A DNA stretch of 64,000 bases. Source: Candidatus Doudnabacteria bacterium RIFCSPHIGHO2_01_48_18. GTDB lineage: Bacteria; Patescibacteriota; Doudnabacteria; UBA920; 2-01-FULL-46-14. Of this stretch, positions 37,453 through 48,490 are shown piece by piece. The stretch covers positions 5,354 to 69,353 of the forward strand of contig MFEF01000002.1 in NCBI GenBank assembly GCA_001777515.1. Reading direction: 5' to 3'. The translations under genes and the position numbers were made by a program. How positions within the stretch are numbered: position 1 is the first letter of the stretch; each line of letters starts with the position of its first letter. A model generated the notes under the pieces. The model ran no database searches. It saw nothing but the letters and a program-made list of their open reading frames with translations, and had not been told where the DNA came from.

Positions 37453-38213
37453 CAGAAAAGCAGGTCGTGGTCGCCAACCAGCTAGTGAACTATTTAAGCA
37501 ATGAGGTCGTTGATCCAGCCGCACAAACGGTTGTTTTTTTACACGGCTGGCGTTCAGAGGCTGCGGTTTGGCGGCCAGTAATGGACAGGCTCGGCCGCCG
37601 CTACAGGCAATTTGCCCTGGATCTTCCTGGCTTTGGCAAATCCGAGAAGCCAAAACATATCTTTACCCTTGTTGATTATGCAACCGTGGTTCTAGGGTTT
37701 ATCAAAAAAATGGAACTAAAAAAAATCGTCGTGGTCGGACATTCGTTCGGTGGCCGCGTGGTTATCAAGTTGTCTGCGTTGGAACCTGATATCGTGGAAA
37801 AATTAATCTTGGTTGACAGTGCTGGTTTTAGGCTTCATGGAAAAAGGAATGCCGTGCTGCGCATCGTAGCTAAAATGCTTAAGCCATTTTTTATGATACC
37901 TGGACTAAGGACGCTTCGCTTGCCTATTTACCGCGTCATGGGAGCCGAGGATTACCTGGCCACCCCCGAGCTTCGTGAAACCTTTCTTAATGTTATCAAT
38001 GAGGATCTCACCGCTCTGCTGGGGTACGTCAGGCAGGAAACTTTGATTGTGTGGGGCGGCAGAGACGAGGATACCCCCCTTATGTTAGCTATGTGGCTAA
38101 AAGAACATATCCCACATTCGGATTTGGTGATTTTCCATAACGCGGGGCATTTTAGTTTTCTTGATGAGCCCGATAAATTTGTAGGAACGGTGCGTGATTT
38201 TCTAAAAGCCTGA
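37449..38213 (+). CDS. Alpha/beta hydrolase
   Basis: FLHGW, DLPGFG, GHSFGG, catalytic D and H. Confidence 0.92.
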   Translation: MTEKQVVVANQLVNYLSNEVVDPAAQTVVFLHGWRSEAAVWRPVMDRLGRRYRQFALDLPGFGKSEKPKHIFTLVDYATVVLGFIKKMELKKIVVVGHSFGGRVVIKLSALEPDIVEKLILVDSAGFRLHGKRNAVLRIVAKMLKPFFMIPGLRTLRLPIYRVMGAEDYLATPELRETFLNVINEDLTALLGYVRQETLIVWGGRDEDTPLMLAMWLKEHIPHSDLVIFHNAGHFSFLDEPDKFVGTVRDFLKA

Positions 38214-38214
38214 C

Positions 38215-39561
38215 ATGTTTAAAGCTGTCAAAAGGTTTATATATTTACTGCAGCTTGATAATTATAGCCTCGGCCGGTTTTGGCATGTCATTGTAAAAAA
38301 ACCTTTTTCCGCGGAGCAAGCCCGTCAGAAAATAATCTGGACTCCAAAACTTGCTCTCATTTTTTCTACGGCTTTATTTTTGCAACTCGCAGCTTCGTAT
38401 TTGATCGCTAGACCGCTGGTAGCGCACGAGGTGTATCTCGGACTTTTTCCAATCGCATTTTTATTTCTGTTCATTTTGCTGAGTTTTTTTCATTTTCTTT
38501 TTTTGAGCCTCGCGGTAGTTGCGCTTTCTCCTCTAGATTATTCGGTCAAAGGTTTTTTAGCGGCGCGGGCCAAAAATAAGATTCGCGTCCAAAAGGATTT
38601 GAAAATCATCGGCATTACCGGCAGCTACGGCAAAACCACCATGAAAGAAATTTTAGCCACGGTGCTGTCAGTGAAGTACAAGGTTTTGAAAACTCCTGAC
38701 AGCGTAAATACTCCAGTTGGAATCTCCAGGCTTATTCTCAAGGACTTAACTGCGGATAAGGAGATTTTTATCGTGGAAATGGGGGCCTACCGCAGGGGCG
38801 AGATTAAAGCTCTTTGCGAAATCGCGACCCCTGACATTGCTGTGCTGACAGGCATCAACGAAGCGCATTTAGAGAGATTCGGCAGCATTGAAAATACGAT
38901 CAAGGCGAAATTTGAAATCGTCGAAAATGCCAAGTCTGACGCTTTGATTGTTTTGAATAATGACAACTTTTTCGTGCGCGAAAATTATAAATTCCATCTG
39001 GGGACGCGCGGCGTAGATTTTTATAAAGCCACAGAGCGGCAGCTCGATTATCCGGCTGTGCCTTTGCTTGGCGAATATATTTGGGGCACGATAAATGCCT
39101 GTGTTATAATTGCAAAGAAGCTTGGCATGAATGACCAGGAGATTCTGCGCGGAATAGCGAAAATCAAACCGGTTCCGCACCGCCTCGAAAAGATTGAAAA
39201 TCCCAATGGCATTACTATTATCGACGACAGTTACAATGGCAATCCCGACGGAGTCAAGGAAGCTATAAAGGTCTTGGGCAAATTTGAAGGCAGACGGAAA
39301 ATTTACATTACGCCTGGGCTCGTCGAAGCAGGGGAAAGAATAAAAACAGTTCATAACCGCATTGGTGAGAGTTTAAATCCAGTCGCAGATCTTGTGATTT
39401 TGATCAAGAATTCTGTCACGCCGTTTATCGCCGAAAAGCTTGATCCGAAAAAAGTCATATGGTTTGAGAGCGCGCAGGAGGCGCACGCTTCACTACCGAA
39501 CATTCTCAAATCAGGAGACGTGATTTTGTTCCAAAATGACTGGCCAGACAACTATATCTAA
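38215..39561 (+). CDS. murF: MurF-like Mur ligase with N-terminal TM segments
   Basis: GITGSYGKTT, VEMGA, HLERF, DDSYNGNP; next to ddl. Confidence 0.85.
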   Translation: MFKAVKRFIYLLQLDNYSLGRFWHVIVKKPFSAEQARQKIIWTPKLALIFSTALFLQLAASYLIARPLVAHEVYLGLFPIAFLFLFILLSFFHFLFLSLAVVALSPLDYSVKGFLAARAKNKIRVQKDLKIIGITGSYGKTTMKEILATVLSVKYKVLKTPDSVNTPVGISRLILKDLTADKEIFIVEMGAYRRGEIKALCEIATPDIAVLTGINEAHLERFGSIENTIKAKFEIVENAKSDALIVLNNDNFFVRENYKFHLGTRGVDFYKATERQLDYPAVPLLGEYIWGTINACVIIAKKLGMNDQEILRGIAKIKPVPHRLEKIENPNGITIIDDSYNGNPDGVKEAIKVLGKFEGRRKIYITPGLVEAGERIKTVHNRIGESLNPVADLVILIKNSVTPFIAEKLDPKKVIWFESAQEAHASLPNILKSGDVILFQNDWPDNYI

Positions 39562-39566
39562 ATAAC

Positions 39567-40754
39567 ATGGCAAACTTGAAAATTTCTATCGGGGCGAACA
39601 TCGGCGTATTTTTCGGCAGCCGCAGTCCAGAACATGATATTTCAATAATCACCGGACAGCTCATCATTTCTGGCCTCAAGAAGATGGGCATGAAAGTCGT
39701 GCCAGTTTATCTTGATAAAGAAGGCATGTGGCGGATTGGCGATGATCTGGGAAATCTCAAGACCTTTACCGAAGATAAAAGCCTTGCTGGTTTCGAAAAG
39801 TATTACCTTGACCTCGAAAAATCACAAGGTAGGCTGGTATTTCGCAAAAAAGGCCTGGCTGGAAAAGAAATCATCGTTGATCTGGCGTTCCCGGCTTTCC
39901 ACGGGGCCAAAGGCGAGGACGGCGCTGTCCAGGGCTTGTTTGAAATGTTCAACGTGCCATACGTTGGTTGCCCAGTGCCCGCCAGCGCGGTTGCCATGGA
40001 TAAAATTCTCACTAAACAGTTTTATAAAGCGAACAATATCCCGACTACGGAATTCGTTTCTTTCAGGCTCGCAGACTGGCTGACGGACAAGAACGCAATA
40101 ATTAAAAATATCTCCAAGCTAAAATGGCCACTATTTGTAAAGCCGCCCTTGCTTGGTTCGTCTATCGGTATCACTAAGGCCCACAATCAAAAAGAACTAG
40201 AGTTTGGCGTTGAGGTTGCCTTGCATTACGGAAACACAGTCCTCGTTGAAGAGGGCGTGGAAAAGCTTGTGGATGTGACGTGCGCGGTTTTGGGACATGC
40301 GAACCCCAAGGCCTCGTTTTTGCAAGAATCAGTTTTTGAAAAAGAGCTTTTGTCTTATGACGACAAATATTTAAACGATGGGGGAGCGCAGACCGGCAAA
40401 TCCTCGAAGAGCGTAGTGATTCCGGCCAGGCTTGATGACAAAACCACCAAGGAAATCCAGGAAATGTCAGTGAAAATCTTCAAACTTCTCGGTTGCAGCG
40501 GTATCGCGCGTTTTGATTTTCTCTACAACAAAGAAACCAGGCAGTATTTTGCCAACGAAATAAATCCGCTGCCCGGCACGCTTTATCATCACCTATGGCA
40601 AAAAACCGGCGTCGAGCTTGACCAGCTTTTGCAAACGCTCTTGGATAGCGCAAAGGAAGCGCAAGATGAAAAAAATCGTTACAAGACTACCTTTGAGTCT
40701 GACATCTTAAAAATGGCGAAATCTACCAAGCTCAATTTGAAAAAAGATGGTTAG
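39567..40754 (+). CDS. ddl: D-alanine-D-alanine ligase
   Basis: GSRSPEHDIS, HGAKGEDG, GSSIGI, NEINPLPG. Confidence 0.95.
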   Translation: MANLKISIGANIGVFFGSRSPEHDISIITGQLIISGLKKMGMKVVPVYLDKEGMWRIGDDLGNLKTFTEDKSLAGFEKYYLDLEKSQGRLVFRKKGLAGKEIIVDLAFPAFHGAKGEDGAVQGLFEMFNVPYVGCPVPASAVAMDKILTKQFYKANNIPTTEFVSFRLADWLTDKNAIIKNISKLKWPLFVKPPLLGSSIGITKAHNQKELEFGVEVALHYGNTVLVEEGVEKLVDVTCAVLGHANPKASFLQESVFEKELLSYDDKYLNDGGAQTGKSSKSVVIPARLDDKTTKEIQEMSVKIFKLLGCSGIARFDFLYNKETRQYFANEINPLPGTLYHHLWQKTGVELDQLLQTLLDSAKEAQDEKNRYKTTFESDILKMAKSTKLNLKKDG

Positions 40755-41634
40755 AGAATCGCGTTTTCGCAATCCAGAGTTTCAGGAAAAATTGGCCAGG
40801 GCAAGGCGCTATGAGCGAAAGACTGGCCTTTATTTTAGCTGGCGGAGTTTTATTATTCTCGGCTTGTTTTTGACCGCTGTTTATTTTTTAGCCATTTCCA
40901 AAAAGTTTTTGGTTACGCAAGCCGCGGTAAGCGGTACGGGAGCGAGCGCCGAAGAAATCAGCGCAGTGCTTACACGAATGCGCAATGAGCGTTTCGGTTA
41001 CGTGATTCCGCGAAACCATATTCTCATTCTCGATGAAGAAAAATTGCTATTTGAAATCCAGCAGGAATTTCCCGCTGTCAGAAGCATTTCCGCTTTAAAA
41101 AAAATCTGGCCGGACCAGATCGCCGTTGCCATCGAAGAGCGTGTTCCAAAATATGTTTGGCAGAGCGGCAGTGATTTTTACCTATTGGATCAGGACGGAG
41201 TTGTTTTTCAAGCAATTGCTTCCTATGCGCCGGAAACCTTTTCCCAGGCTCTGATCATCGATACCTCAGCCGCGCCCGTGACCGCAGGCGAAGGCCTAAG
41301 TATAAAGCCGATTTTAGAATTTGTAAGCAGAGCCAAGGATGCCTGGCAAACTCATATCAATCAGGCCGGGCTAGTACATTTTTCCGTTCCCGGCGGAAAA
41401 AGCCAGGATATTTTGGTGAAAACCACAATCGGTTTCAATGTACTTTTCGATCTCGAGCGCGATCCTGTCGAACAGCTCGAGAACCTCAAGATCCTATTGA
41501 ACCGGGAGATATTGCCGGAGACCCATGGCGGACTTTCCTATATAGACTTGCGCTTGCCTCACATGGCGTATTATTGTTATAAGGATGCGCCTTGCGCGCC
41601 AGAATACGCAACTTCAACCCAGCCCAGCATATGA
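40747..41634 (+). CDS. FtsQ/DivIB-like cell division protein
   Basis: Single TM, POTRA-like KIWPDQIAVAIEER, YIDLR; follows ddl. Confidence 0.75.
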   Translation: MVRESRFRNPEFQEKLARARRYERKTGLYFSWRSFIILGLFLTAVYFLAISKKFLVTQAAVSGTGASAEEISAVLTRMRNERFGYVIPRNHILILDEEKLLFEIQQEFPAVRSISALKKIWPDQIAVAIEERVPKYVWQSGSDFYLLDQDGVVFQAIASYAPETFSQALIIDTSAAPVTAGEGLSIKPILEFVSRAKDAWQTHINQAGLVHFSVPGGKSQDILVKTTIGFNVLFDLERDPVEQLENLKILLNREILPETHGGLSYIDLRLPHMAYYCYKDAPCAPEYATSTQPSI

Positions 41635-42311
41635 AAAACATTTATGTAATCTCAGTCGGTGGTTCGCTCATCGCTCCTGATGGCATCGATAAAAATTTTT
41701 TGAAGAAATTTTGCTTGGCGCTAATGACATCTGCCAAAGGCAAGCAGTTTGTCGTCATTCCTGGCGGCGGAGCAACTGCCAGGCAGTATCAGAAAGCCGC
41801 CGAGGAACTTGGTAAAGCAAGCAATGATGATCTTGATTGGATTGGCATTGCCGCGAATGTTTTGCATTCCCATTTCCTGCGCGCGATTTTTGGCAAATAC
41901 GCTCACCCAGGGATCGTGGAGCTGAATTCGAAAACACCTGATATCAAAAAATCGATAGCAATCGCTCGCGGTGGATTGAAACCGGGAGGGACATCTGACA
42001 GCACGGCTGTAAAGTTTGCAGAAAAATTTAAAGCTAAAACCGTCATCAACCTCACCAACGTTTCAGGTGTTTATGACCGCGATCCGCGCAAATTTAAGAA
42101 TGCAAAACTGATCCCCCACATGTCTTGGGCGCAGCTAAAAAAACAATTTGGCACCAAAAAAACACCGGGGCGCAATCTGCCGTTCGATTCGGCAGCCGCG
42201 GATATGGCCGCGAAACTAAAATTGTGCGCAGCGATCATGAATGGCCGCGACCTTAAAAACTTTCAGAGTTTTCTAGACGGTCAAGCTTTTACCGGAACGC
42301 TGATTCAATAA
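41631..42311 (+). CDS. pyrH: UMP kinase, archaeal-type
   Basis: VISVGGS, GGGATARQY, DWIGI, TNVSGVYDRDP. Confidence 0.9.
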   Translation: MKNIYVISVGGSLIAPDGIDKNFLKKFCLALMTSAKGKQFVVIPGGGATARQYQKAAEELGKASNDDLDWIGIAANVLHSHFLRAIFGKYAHPGIVELNSKTPDIKKSIAIARGGLKPGGTSDSTAVKFAEKFKAKTVINLTNVSGVYDRDPRKFKNAKLIPHMSWAQLKKQFGTKKTPGRNLPFDSAAADMAAKLKLCAAIMNGRDLKNFQSFLDGQAFTGTLIQ

Positions 42312-42383
42312 CATTCGTAATTAAGATATTACGTAAAACCAAGCAATTGCTTGAAAATGCGTAATGAAAATAAATTTAAAATT

Positions 42384-43832
42384 TCAATTGACTGTGTATC
42401 GAGTTACGTAGATGTGGCCTTTAAAGCCAGGAGCGTCAGCATAGGAGCGCTCGCTCTGTTCACGCCAATTTTTGGGAAGGCCGGGTTTGGACCCGCCGAA
42501 GCCAGTGGTCCAAAGAAGCCAGACAGTCTGGCCCTTTTTAAATTTATCCAGGTCCAAAATGAGGTCGTCATCAGTGAGGATCGCAGTTCCGGAAAAATGC
42601 GGGATGTCCCTGAGGCGGCGGTCAGAGATGAGCTGCGGGTCAATCCCGGTTTCATTATAGTATTTGAAAGTAAAATAGATAAAGCTCGAGCCCACAATGA
42701 TTTTATCGTTGCTGCCAGCTTCGATGTTCACGACCTCAGACGCGGCAGCCATGCCTGGTTTGCCTTTGATATCCATGACCTGCCAGTTGCCAAAAAAAGC
42801 GTAAGTCATTGCCCCGAGGAAAATCACAACAAGGGGGATTTGTATGGCACGCTTGCCAATATGCCACAGCGCGAGCATCACGAGCAGGGAAAAGAAGCTC
42901 GAGGCAAACACAAAGTAGCGATCAAGATAAATGTCAGTCTTAAGCGACAGCAGAACCGCGGCTGCGACCGGCATGAGCACGCTCGCGACCACAAACCATT
43001 TGTAAAAATTGGATGATTTTTTGATGACGTAAAAGAATATCAGCAATGTTACCAGGGTTGCGATCACCAGAACACTGTTTCGAACTCCTGTCCCGCCAAA
43101 GATCATTTTCCAAAGCGTGCCTGGAATCGACCAGGCATTCATGGGCGGAATCCAGTACGATTCCTGTACTCTTGCCACCTGCTGCATAAATGTGGGCAGC
43201 CACGGAACATAGAGAATGGCAGCGCCTGCGTAGACAGCTGCGGCAGCCAGAATATTTTTGTAACTGCGGTATTTGATGATATGCATCAAAATAAACAATC
43301 CCTGAGCCGCGATAGTAAACACCAGATAATAATGCGTGTAAAGCATGGCGGCGACTGTGAGACTGTAACCAATCCAGTACTTTTTACGTACACCTTCGCT
43401 CTGCAGGGCCTTGGCCATAAAATAGCTTGACCAGAGGGCCAAAAACGTCCCTAGCGTGTACATTCGCGCCTCCAGGGCATATTGGATCTGAAACGGATTG
43501 AGAGCGATTGCCAGGGCAGCTAGAAGCGCTAAACGGCGGCCCCAGGCGACTTTGACAAACGCGTATGCTGCCCAAACGGTCAGAACGCCAAAAATTATGG
43601 ACAGCAGGCGCAGAGACATGAGGTGCTCCCCGGCAAAACCAGTCCACAGCCTGAGGATCCAGTAGTAGAGCGGGGGATGAACATCAAGGCCAATGCGGTA
43701 CATCATTTCATCCCAGGAATAGCGCATATAAAGCGCGGAAAAAGCTTCGTCGTGCCACAGGGCAAGCGCTGTGTTGTTGTAAAACCGCAGCAGACCAGCA
43801 ATGATTAAGATCGGGTATATGAAGAGGCTCAT
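42384..43832 (-). CDS. GT-C glycosyltransferase (PMT/ArnT family)
   Basis: LWHDEAFS, HPPLYY, EARMY. Confidence 0.88.
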   Translation of the reverse strand: MSLFIYPILIIAGLLRFYNNTALALWHDEAFSALYMRYSWDEMMYRIGLDVHPPLYYWILRLWTGFAGEHLMSLRLLSIIFGVLTVWAAYAFVKVAWGRRLALLAALAIALNPFQIQYALEARMYTLGTFLALWSSYFMAKALQSEGVRKKYWIGYSLTVAAMLYTHYYLVFTIAAQGLFILMHIIKYRSYKNILAAAAVYAGAAILYVPWLPTFMQQVARVQESYWIPPMNAWSIPGTLWKMIFGGTGVRNSVLVIATLVTLLIFFYVIKKSSNFYKWFVVASVLMPVAAAVLLSLKTDIYLDRYFVFASSFFSLLVMLALWHIGKRAIQIPLVVIFLGAMTYAFFGNWQVMDIKGKPGMAAASEVVNIEAGSNDKIIVGSSFIYFTFKYYNETGIDPQLISDRRLRDIPHFSGTAILTDDDLILDLDKFKKGQTVWLLWTTGFGGSKPGLPKNWREQSERSYADAPGFKGHIYVTRYTVN

Positions 43833-45415
43833 GGTTTTTCGTAAACAACCATTACAAACTGGCCGAATTTATTTTGTTCCGTATGAACCACCCTGGTGTC
43901 CGGATGCGCCTGCACAAATTTTATCCGATCAAACATGGTGGACATGGTGAACACAACCTGATCGCCAGATTTGAGATTGGCCTGGTAGGTATTGGCTGGG
44001 TCAAGCAGGGTATACGGCTGGTTGGTTTCGGTCGTGAAATACTCGACAGTCTGTACGGAAAATTTGTCCAAAGACAGATATGTTTTGTTTTTTTGATTGC
44101 GGTCGTTTAAATAACGGCTGACATTGGTGAGATCTGAGCGGAAAGCATAGTAATATTCAGGCGCGTTTCCGGCCACGCCGAAATAAAGATAAAAATTGAA
44201 AATAAAAATAAATGACAGGAAAAGGATCGCCAGCATGTTGCTCACATTTTTTAAACGCGCCAGATATGCGTTTGTCGTAATTATTCTCCACAATCCATAT
44301 ACTGACCATGCCGGCATGATAAATATTGCCGGGATGACGCCGACGAGCCGTAGGCCGTGGGGAATGCCTTCGGCAGTAGTAACCTCAGGGACAAGCATTG
44401 CCCAAAACCATGCGGCCACAAGCGCCATGTAAAATGTTTTTTCGTCGAACTGTTTGCGGATGGCGTCCCAAAGAAATTTAATGCCAGCGAAAGTAAATAT
44501 TATCAGCGATATCGCAAAGAAAGGGCTGATGACAGAGGTCAGAAATGGAAACTCTGATATATTGTGGCGCCAGTTAGCATCGCCAGTTGTGAAAAACCCG
44601 AGCATGGTCATGCGAAATACTTCCAGGAACGTGCCGATAACATCCCCGTTGTTGAGATCCTTGGAAAAAATCGAAACGTGTCCGGCCCTCCCCATAAAGC
44701 TTCCGGGATGGGTAATGAAATAATAAGCTAGCGGGAAAATAGTAATAAGAAATGCTACTGCGGCAATGATTTTCGGTTTTAGATATTCATGGAAAATTTC
44801 ACGGACGCGGTCGCGGAAGGCCAGCAGCAGCGAGACCTTGAACGCGATAAGCAAAGGGATCATCATCCGGTAAGAGATATAGGTATAAAACCCCAGAGCA
44901 AAAGAGATGCCGGTAAGCGCCGCGGCTTTGTAGCGCTCCCTTTCATCTCGGTCCTGATAAATTTTGATAATTAACAGCAGGGTAAGCGTGGTAAACAGCG
45001 GCACAAGGTTAGCCCGAAAAGCTGTCCGCGATAGAGTTACGGCATAGCTTGAGACTGCCATAAAAAAAGCCGCAAGGTAAGCGACATTTTTTCCGAAGAG
45101 TCTTTTTGTTAGAAAATAGGCCGCCAGGACTTCAAAAAAACCAAAACCCGCTGAGACGATATGGTGTTGCCACGGTCCTCGGCCAAACAAGGCTACAGCC
45201 CCCGCGAGAAAATAGAAGAACAAAGCTTCACGTCCGTTGCCGCGTTCATAAAAAGGCCGCAAGTCCCCGGCAAAGATCGAATTTACATCAATGCCATTGG
45301 CGGCTTCGTCCGGGAACAGGCCGCCAGGAAGTTCAGTAATGAGCGCAAAACGGAAGATGAGAGCTGCGGCGAGGATCAAAATAAGAACAAAATTCTGCTT
45401 TAGAAATTTGCCCAT
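43829..45415 (-). CDS. GT-C glycosyltransferase (PMT/ArnT family)
   Basis: PGGLFPDEAANG, GREALF, SRTAFR; multi-TM. Confidence 0.85.
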   Translation of the reverse strand: MGKFLKQNFVLILILAAALIFRFALITELPGGLFPDEAANGIDVNSIFAGDLRPFYERGNGREALFFYFLAGAVALFGRGPWQHHIVSAGFGFFEVLAAYFLTKRLFGKNVAYLAAFFMAVSSYAVTLSRTAFRANLVPLFTTLTLLLIIKIYQDRDERERYKAAALTGISFALGFYTYISYRMMIPLLIAFKVSLLLAFRDRVREIFHEYLKPKIIAAVAFLITIFPLAYYFITHPGSFMGRAGHVSIFSKDLNNGDVIGTFLEVFRMTMLGFFTTGDANWRHNISEFPFLTSVISPFFAISLIIFTFAGIKFLWDAIRKQFDEKTFYMALVAAWFWAMLVPEVTTAEGIPHGLRLVGVIPAIFIMPAWSVYGLWRIITTNAYLARLKNVSNMLAILFLSFIFIFNFYLYFGVAGNAPEYYYAFRSDLTNVSRYLNDRNQKNKTYLSLDKFSVQTVEYFTTETNQPYTLLDPANTYQANLKSGDQVVFTMSTMFDRIKFVQAHPDTRVVHTEQNKFGQFVMVVYEKP

Positions 45416-45435
45416 TTTTATGTTATAATAAATGG

Positions 45436-45768
45436 ATGCTCAAGGATCGCTTGATTTTTGTTTCGGTTGTTTTTGGAATCATTTTAAATATTATATTATG
45501 GCTGCTGCTTGGTGGCAAGTTCGGCTGGTCAGCGGAAAAAATTCCGCTGCATTTTAACGTGGTTTACGGCATTGATTTTTTGGGCAGCACCCGCCAGGTC
45601 TATGAGATTCCGCTGACTGGCATAGTGCTTCTGGTCATAAATTCGATTCTTGCCATAAAATTTTACCCGCGCTCTAAACTGTTCAGCTATTTTTTAAGCT
45701 TTAGCGCGCTTGCCATGCAAGCAGTGCTGATTGTGGCCGCGACAGCCCTCATCGTTTTAAATGCCTAA
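45436..45768 (+). CDS. Small membrane protein
   Basis: Three TMs, IPLHFNVVYGID. Confidence 0.7.
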   Translation: MLKDRLIFVSVVFGIILNIILWLLLGGKFGWSAEKIPLHFNVVYGIDFLGSTRQVYEIPLTGIVLLVINSILAIKFYPRSKLFSYFLSFSALAMQAVLIVAATALIVLNA

Positions 45769-47419
45769 CTTCCAAAAAACCCGAACTTACCGATTTTTAG
45801 AAATCCTGCCAGCGCTGATGACCTGGCTGACTTTTGTTGGTGCCGCGGTTTTTTCATATTTTACGCCGTTCGTTGTCGCGGTTTATATCATCCTGTTTGA
45901 TCTGTACTGGGTTCTCAAGGCTATCAACACCGCAATGCATTTGCTATCGAGCTTTTTCAAACTGCAGCTGCACGCCAGTTATGATTGGAGAAAAAGAGTA
46001 GAGGCGCTAGGTAATATAGAAAGCTACAAAAACGAATTGCGAAAGGGAATAGTCAGCGCGACCAAAAAAAATGTGAGAGGCGATCTCAAGCACGAGCTGT
46101 TTCGTTTGGATGGCGCGGATTTCACGAGCCGCAATCTGGATTTCAAGAAAATTTATCACCTGGTACTGCTGCCGACCTACAAAGAAAGCCTGACCGTCCT
46201 TGATAGCTCCATCCGTTCGATTTTAAATTCTGATTTTCCCCTTGATCAGATTTTTTTCGTGCTAGCCACGGAGGAGCGGGATCGCGAGCAAGCGACCCTG
46301 AATGCCAGCATTCTACAGGAACGCTACAAAGGAAAATTTTTCAGATTTGAGGTGATTATGCACCCGGACGGAATCGCCGGCGAGATCAAAGCAAAAGGCG
46401 CGAACCTGACGCACGCCGCGCGCAAGGCCACGGCTATGCTTAAAGATCTTGGTATTCCCCGGGAGAATGTGGTTGTTTCCGCTTTTGATTCGGACACAGT
46501 GGTGTCGAAAAATTATTTTTCCTATTTGACCTATGCGTTTTTGACCGCAAAAAAACCATATCGCACCAGCTACCAGCCAATGCCAGTTTATAACAATAAT
46601 ATTTGGGACGCCCCAGCGATCACCAGAATCGTCGCTGTAGCCAACTCTTTCTGGCAGATGGTGGAAGCCAGCCGCCCCGATCGCCTTGTAACCTTTTCTT
46701 CGCACGCAATGTCGCTCAAGGCACTCGTTGAGGTGGATTTTTGGCCGGTGGACGTGATTTCCGACGATTCGCAGATTTTTTGGCGATGCTGGCTGCATTA
46801 TCATGGCGATTATCGCACACAGCCTTTGTTCACCACGGTTTCCCTTGATGCGATGCTTGACGAAACATATTTCCGCACGCTGGTGGGGCAATACAAACAA
46901 AAACGGCGCTGGGCTTGGGGCAACTCTGAAAACATCCCATACCTTATTACCAACTCCGTTAAGGACCGCCTCATTCCGTGGTGGAAGAAAATCATCTACG
47001 TCGAACGCATGCTAGAAGGATATTATTTCTGGGCCACGGCATCAATCATGATCGCCATCCTCGGCTGGCTGCCGCTTATTCTTGGCGGGGAAAGGCTGTC
47101 AGAGAATGTTTTGCTCTTCAACCTGCCGCTTTTAACCCGGCTGATGATGCAGGTTGCCACAGTGTTTCTGATTTTTTCGGTTTACATTAACCTGGTCATG
47201 ATTCCGCCGCGGCCGAAGCATTTTTCCAAATGGCGGTCGATCAACATGGTTTTTCAGTGGGTGTTTGTTCCAATCGTTTCGATAGTCTTTGGATCAGCTC
47301 CGGCCATTGACGCGCAAATCCGGATGATGTTTGGCAATTATCTCGGCTTCTGGGTTACACCCAAGGCCCGCAAAACCAGCATCGAGGAACCAGCTATGGT
47401 GTTTCAGAAAGGCAGATAG
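45761..47419 (+). CDS. Membrane glycosyltransferase family 2 (processive type)
   Basis: LPTYKE, KGAN, FDSD, SDD, QKRRWAWG. Confidence 0.88.
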   Translation: MPNFQKTRTYRFLEILPALMTWLTFVGAAVFSYFTPFVVAVYIILFDLYWVLKAINTAMHLLSSFFKLQLHASYDWRKRVEALGNIESYKNELRKGIVSATKKNVRGDLKHELFRLDGADFTSRNLDFKKIYHLVLLPTYKESLTVLDSSIRSILNSDFPLDQIFFVLATEERDREQATLNASILQERYKGKFFRFEVIMHPDGIAGEIKAKGANLTHAARKATAMLKDLGIPRENVVVSAFDSDTVVSKNYFSYLTYAFLTAKKPYRTSYQPMPVYNNNIWDAPAITRIVAVANSFWQMVEASRPDRLVTFSSHAMSLKALVEVDFWPVDVISDDSQIFWRCWLHYHGDYRTQPLFTTVSLDAMLDETYFRTLVGQYKQKRRWAWGNSENIPYLITNSVKDRLIPWWKKIIYVERMLEGYYFWATASIMIAILGWLPLILGGERLSENVLLFNLPLLTRLMMQVATVFLIFSVYINLVMIPPRPKHFSKWRSINMVFQWVFVPIVSIVFGSAPAIDAQIRMMFGNYLGFWVTPKARKTSIEEPAMVFQKGR

Positions 47420-48490
47420 ATGATCAGCGACCCCAAGCTGTTTGTTCTGGTTTTTGCGGCGTTTTTTTTGATCTCATTTTTGATCACCAAATTTGTCAGA
47501 CGCGTGGCGTTTGAGCTAGGCATACAGGATATTCCCGATAGTGACAGAAAGATCCACGACAAGCCGCGGCCGAAGCTTGGCGGTTCTGCCCTGTACTTGA
47601 GCTTTGCTTTTGGCGTGATGTGCCTGGCGCTTCTCGGCCTTACCGATGAGATTTCCGCGACCCGTATTGCCGCGCTGCTGATCGGCGCGCTTATTCTCAT
47701 TGTCGGGGGCATTCTTGATGACAAATACGATCTGCCGGCTTATGTTCAAATAGTTTTTCCAGTGGCCGCGGCGCTCGCTGTGGTTGGCAGCGGGATTCAT
47801 ATTTCTTATATTACCAACCCCTTTGGCGGCGAGATCATCCTTGATCAATGGAAATTGGGCGGTTTTCCAGTGCTGGGAAGCCTTGTCGTGTTTCTCTGGA
47901 TTCTTGGCATGACGTATACTACGAAATTCTTGGATGGCATGGATGGACTCGTCAGCGGCATCTCCGGAATAGCTGGTATCGTGATTTTTGGTTTGTCGCT
48001 CGCGCCGGATGTGCTGCAGACCACGACAGCTTTTTTGGCGCTCATATTTGCCGCCGTGTGTTTTGGGTTTTTGCCTTTCAATTTTCATCCTGCCAGGATT
48101 TTTTTGGGGGAAGGAGGGAGCACTTTCACCGGGTTTATGATCGGCGTCTTGGCGGTCATTTCCGGCGGCAAGATTGCTACCGCGCTATTGGTTCTGGGGA
48201 TCCCGATCATGGACGCAGCCTGGGTTATTGTGCGCCGCCTATGGTACGGATCATCGCCGTTTGTGGGAGATAAAAAACACCTGCATTTCCGGCTTTTGGA
48301 CGTGGGGTTGTCGCAAAGACAAGCGGTTCTGTTTTTGTATTTTTTGTCTGCGGTATTTGGAGGGATCGCCGTGTTTCTGCAAAGCTGGGGCAAGCTTATC
48401 GCCTTGGGCGCGATGTTCCTTGTCATGATTGTAGTGGCCATGGCAGTTGTGATAATCTATAGAAAGAAATCGGTCACCCCGAAAAAATGA
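47420..48490 (+). CDS. Undecaprenyl-P GlcNAc-1-P transferase (WecA/TagO family)
   Basis: RKIH..PKLGG, GILDD, FLDGMDGL, FLGEGGS, HLHFRL. Confidence 0.9.
   Translation: MISDPKLFVLVFAAFFLISFLITKFVRRVAFELGIQDIPDSDRKIHDKPRPKLGGSALYLSFAFGVMCLALLGLTDEISATRIAALLIGALILIVGGILDDKYDLPAYVQIVFPVAAALAVVGSGIHISYITNPFGGEIILDQWKLGGFPVLGSLVVFLWILGMTYTTKFLDGMDGLVSGISGIAGIVIFGLSLAPDVLQTTTAFLALIFAAVCFGFLPFNFHPARIFLGEGGSTFTGFMIGVLAVISGGKIATALLVLGIPIMDAAWVIVRRLWYGSSPFVGDKKHLHFRLLDVGLSQRQAVLFLYFLSAVFGGIAVFLQSWGKLIALGAMFLVMIVVAMAVVIIYRKKSVTPKK

Noticed and set aside
42312-42383. Short palindromes (CAAGCAATTGCTTG) between convergent genes
   Set aside because: Adequately explained as termination signals or chance in an AT-rich spacer
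42351-43016. 221-aa plus-strand ORF
   Set aside because: Antisense to a clear GT-C glycosyltransferase
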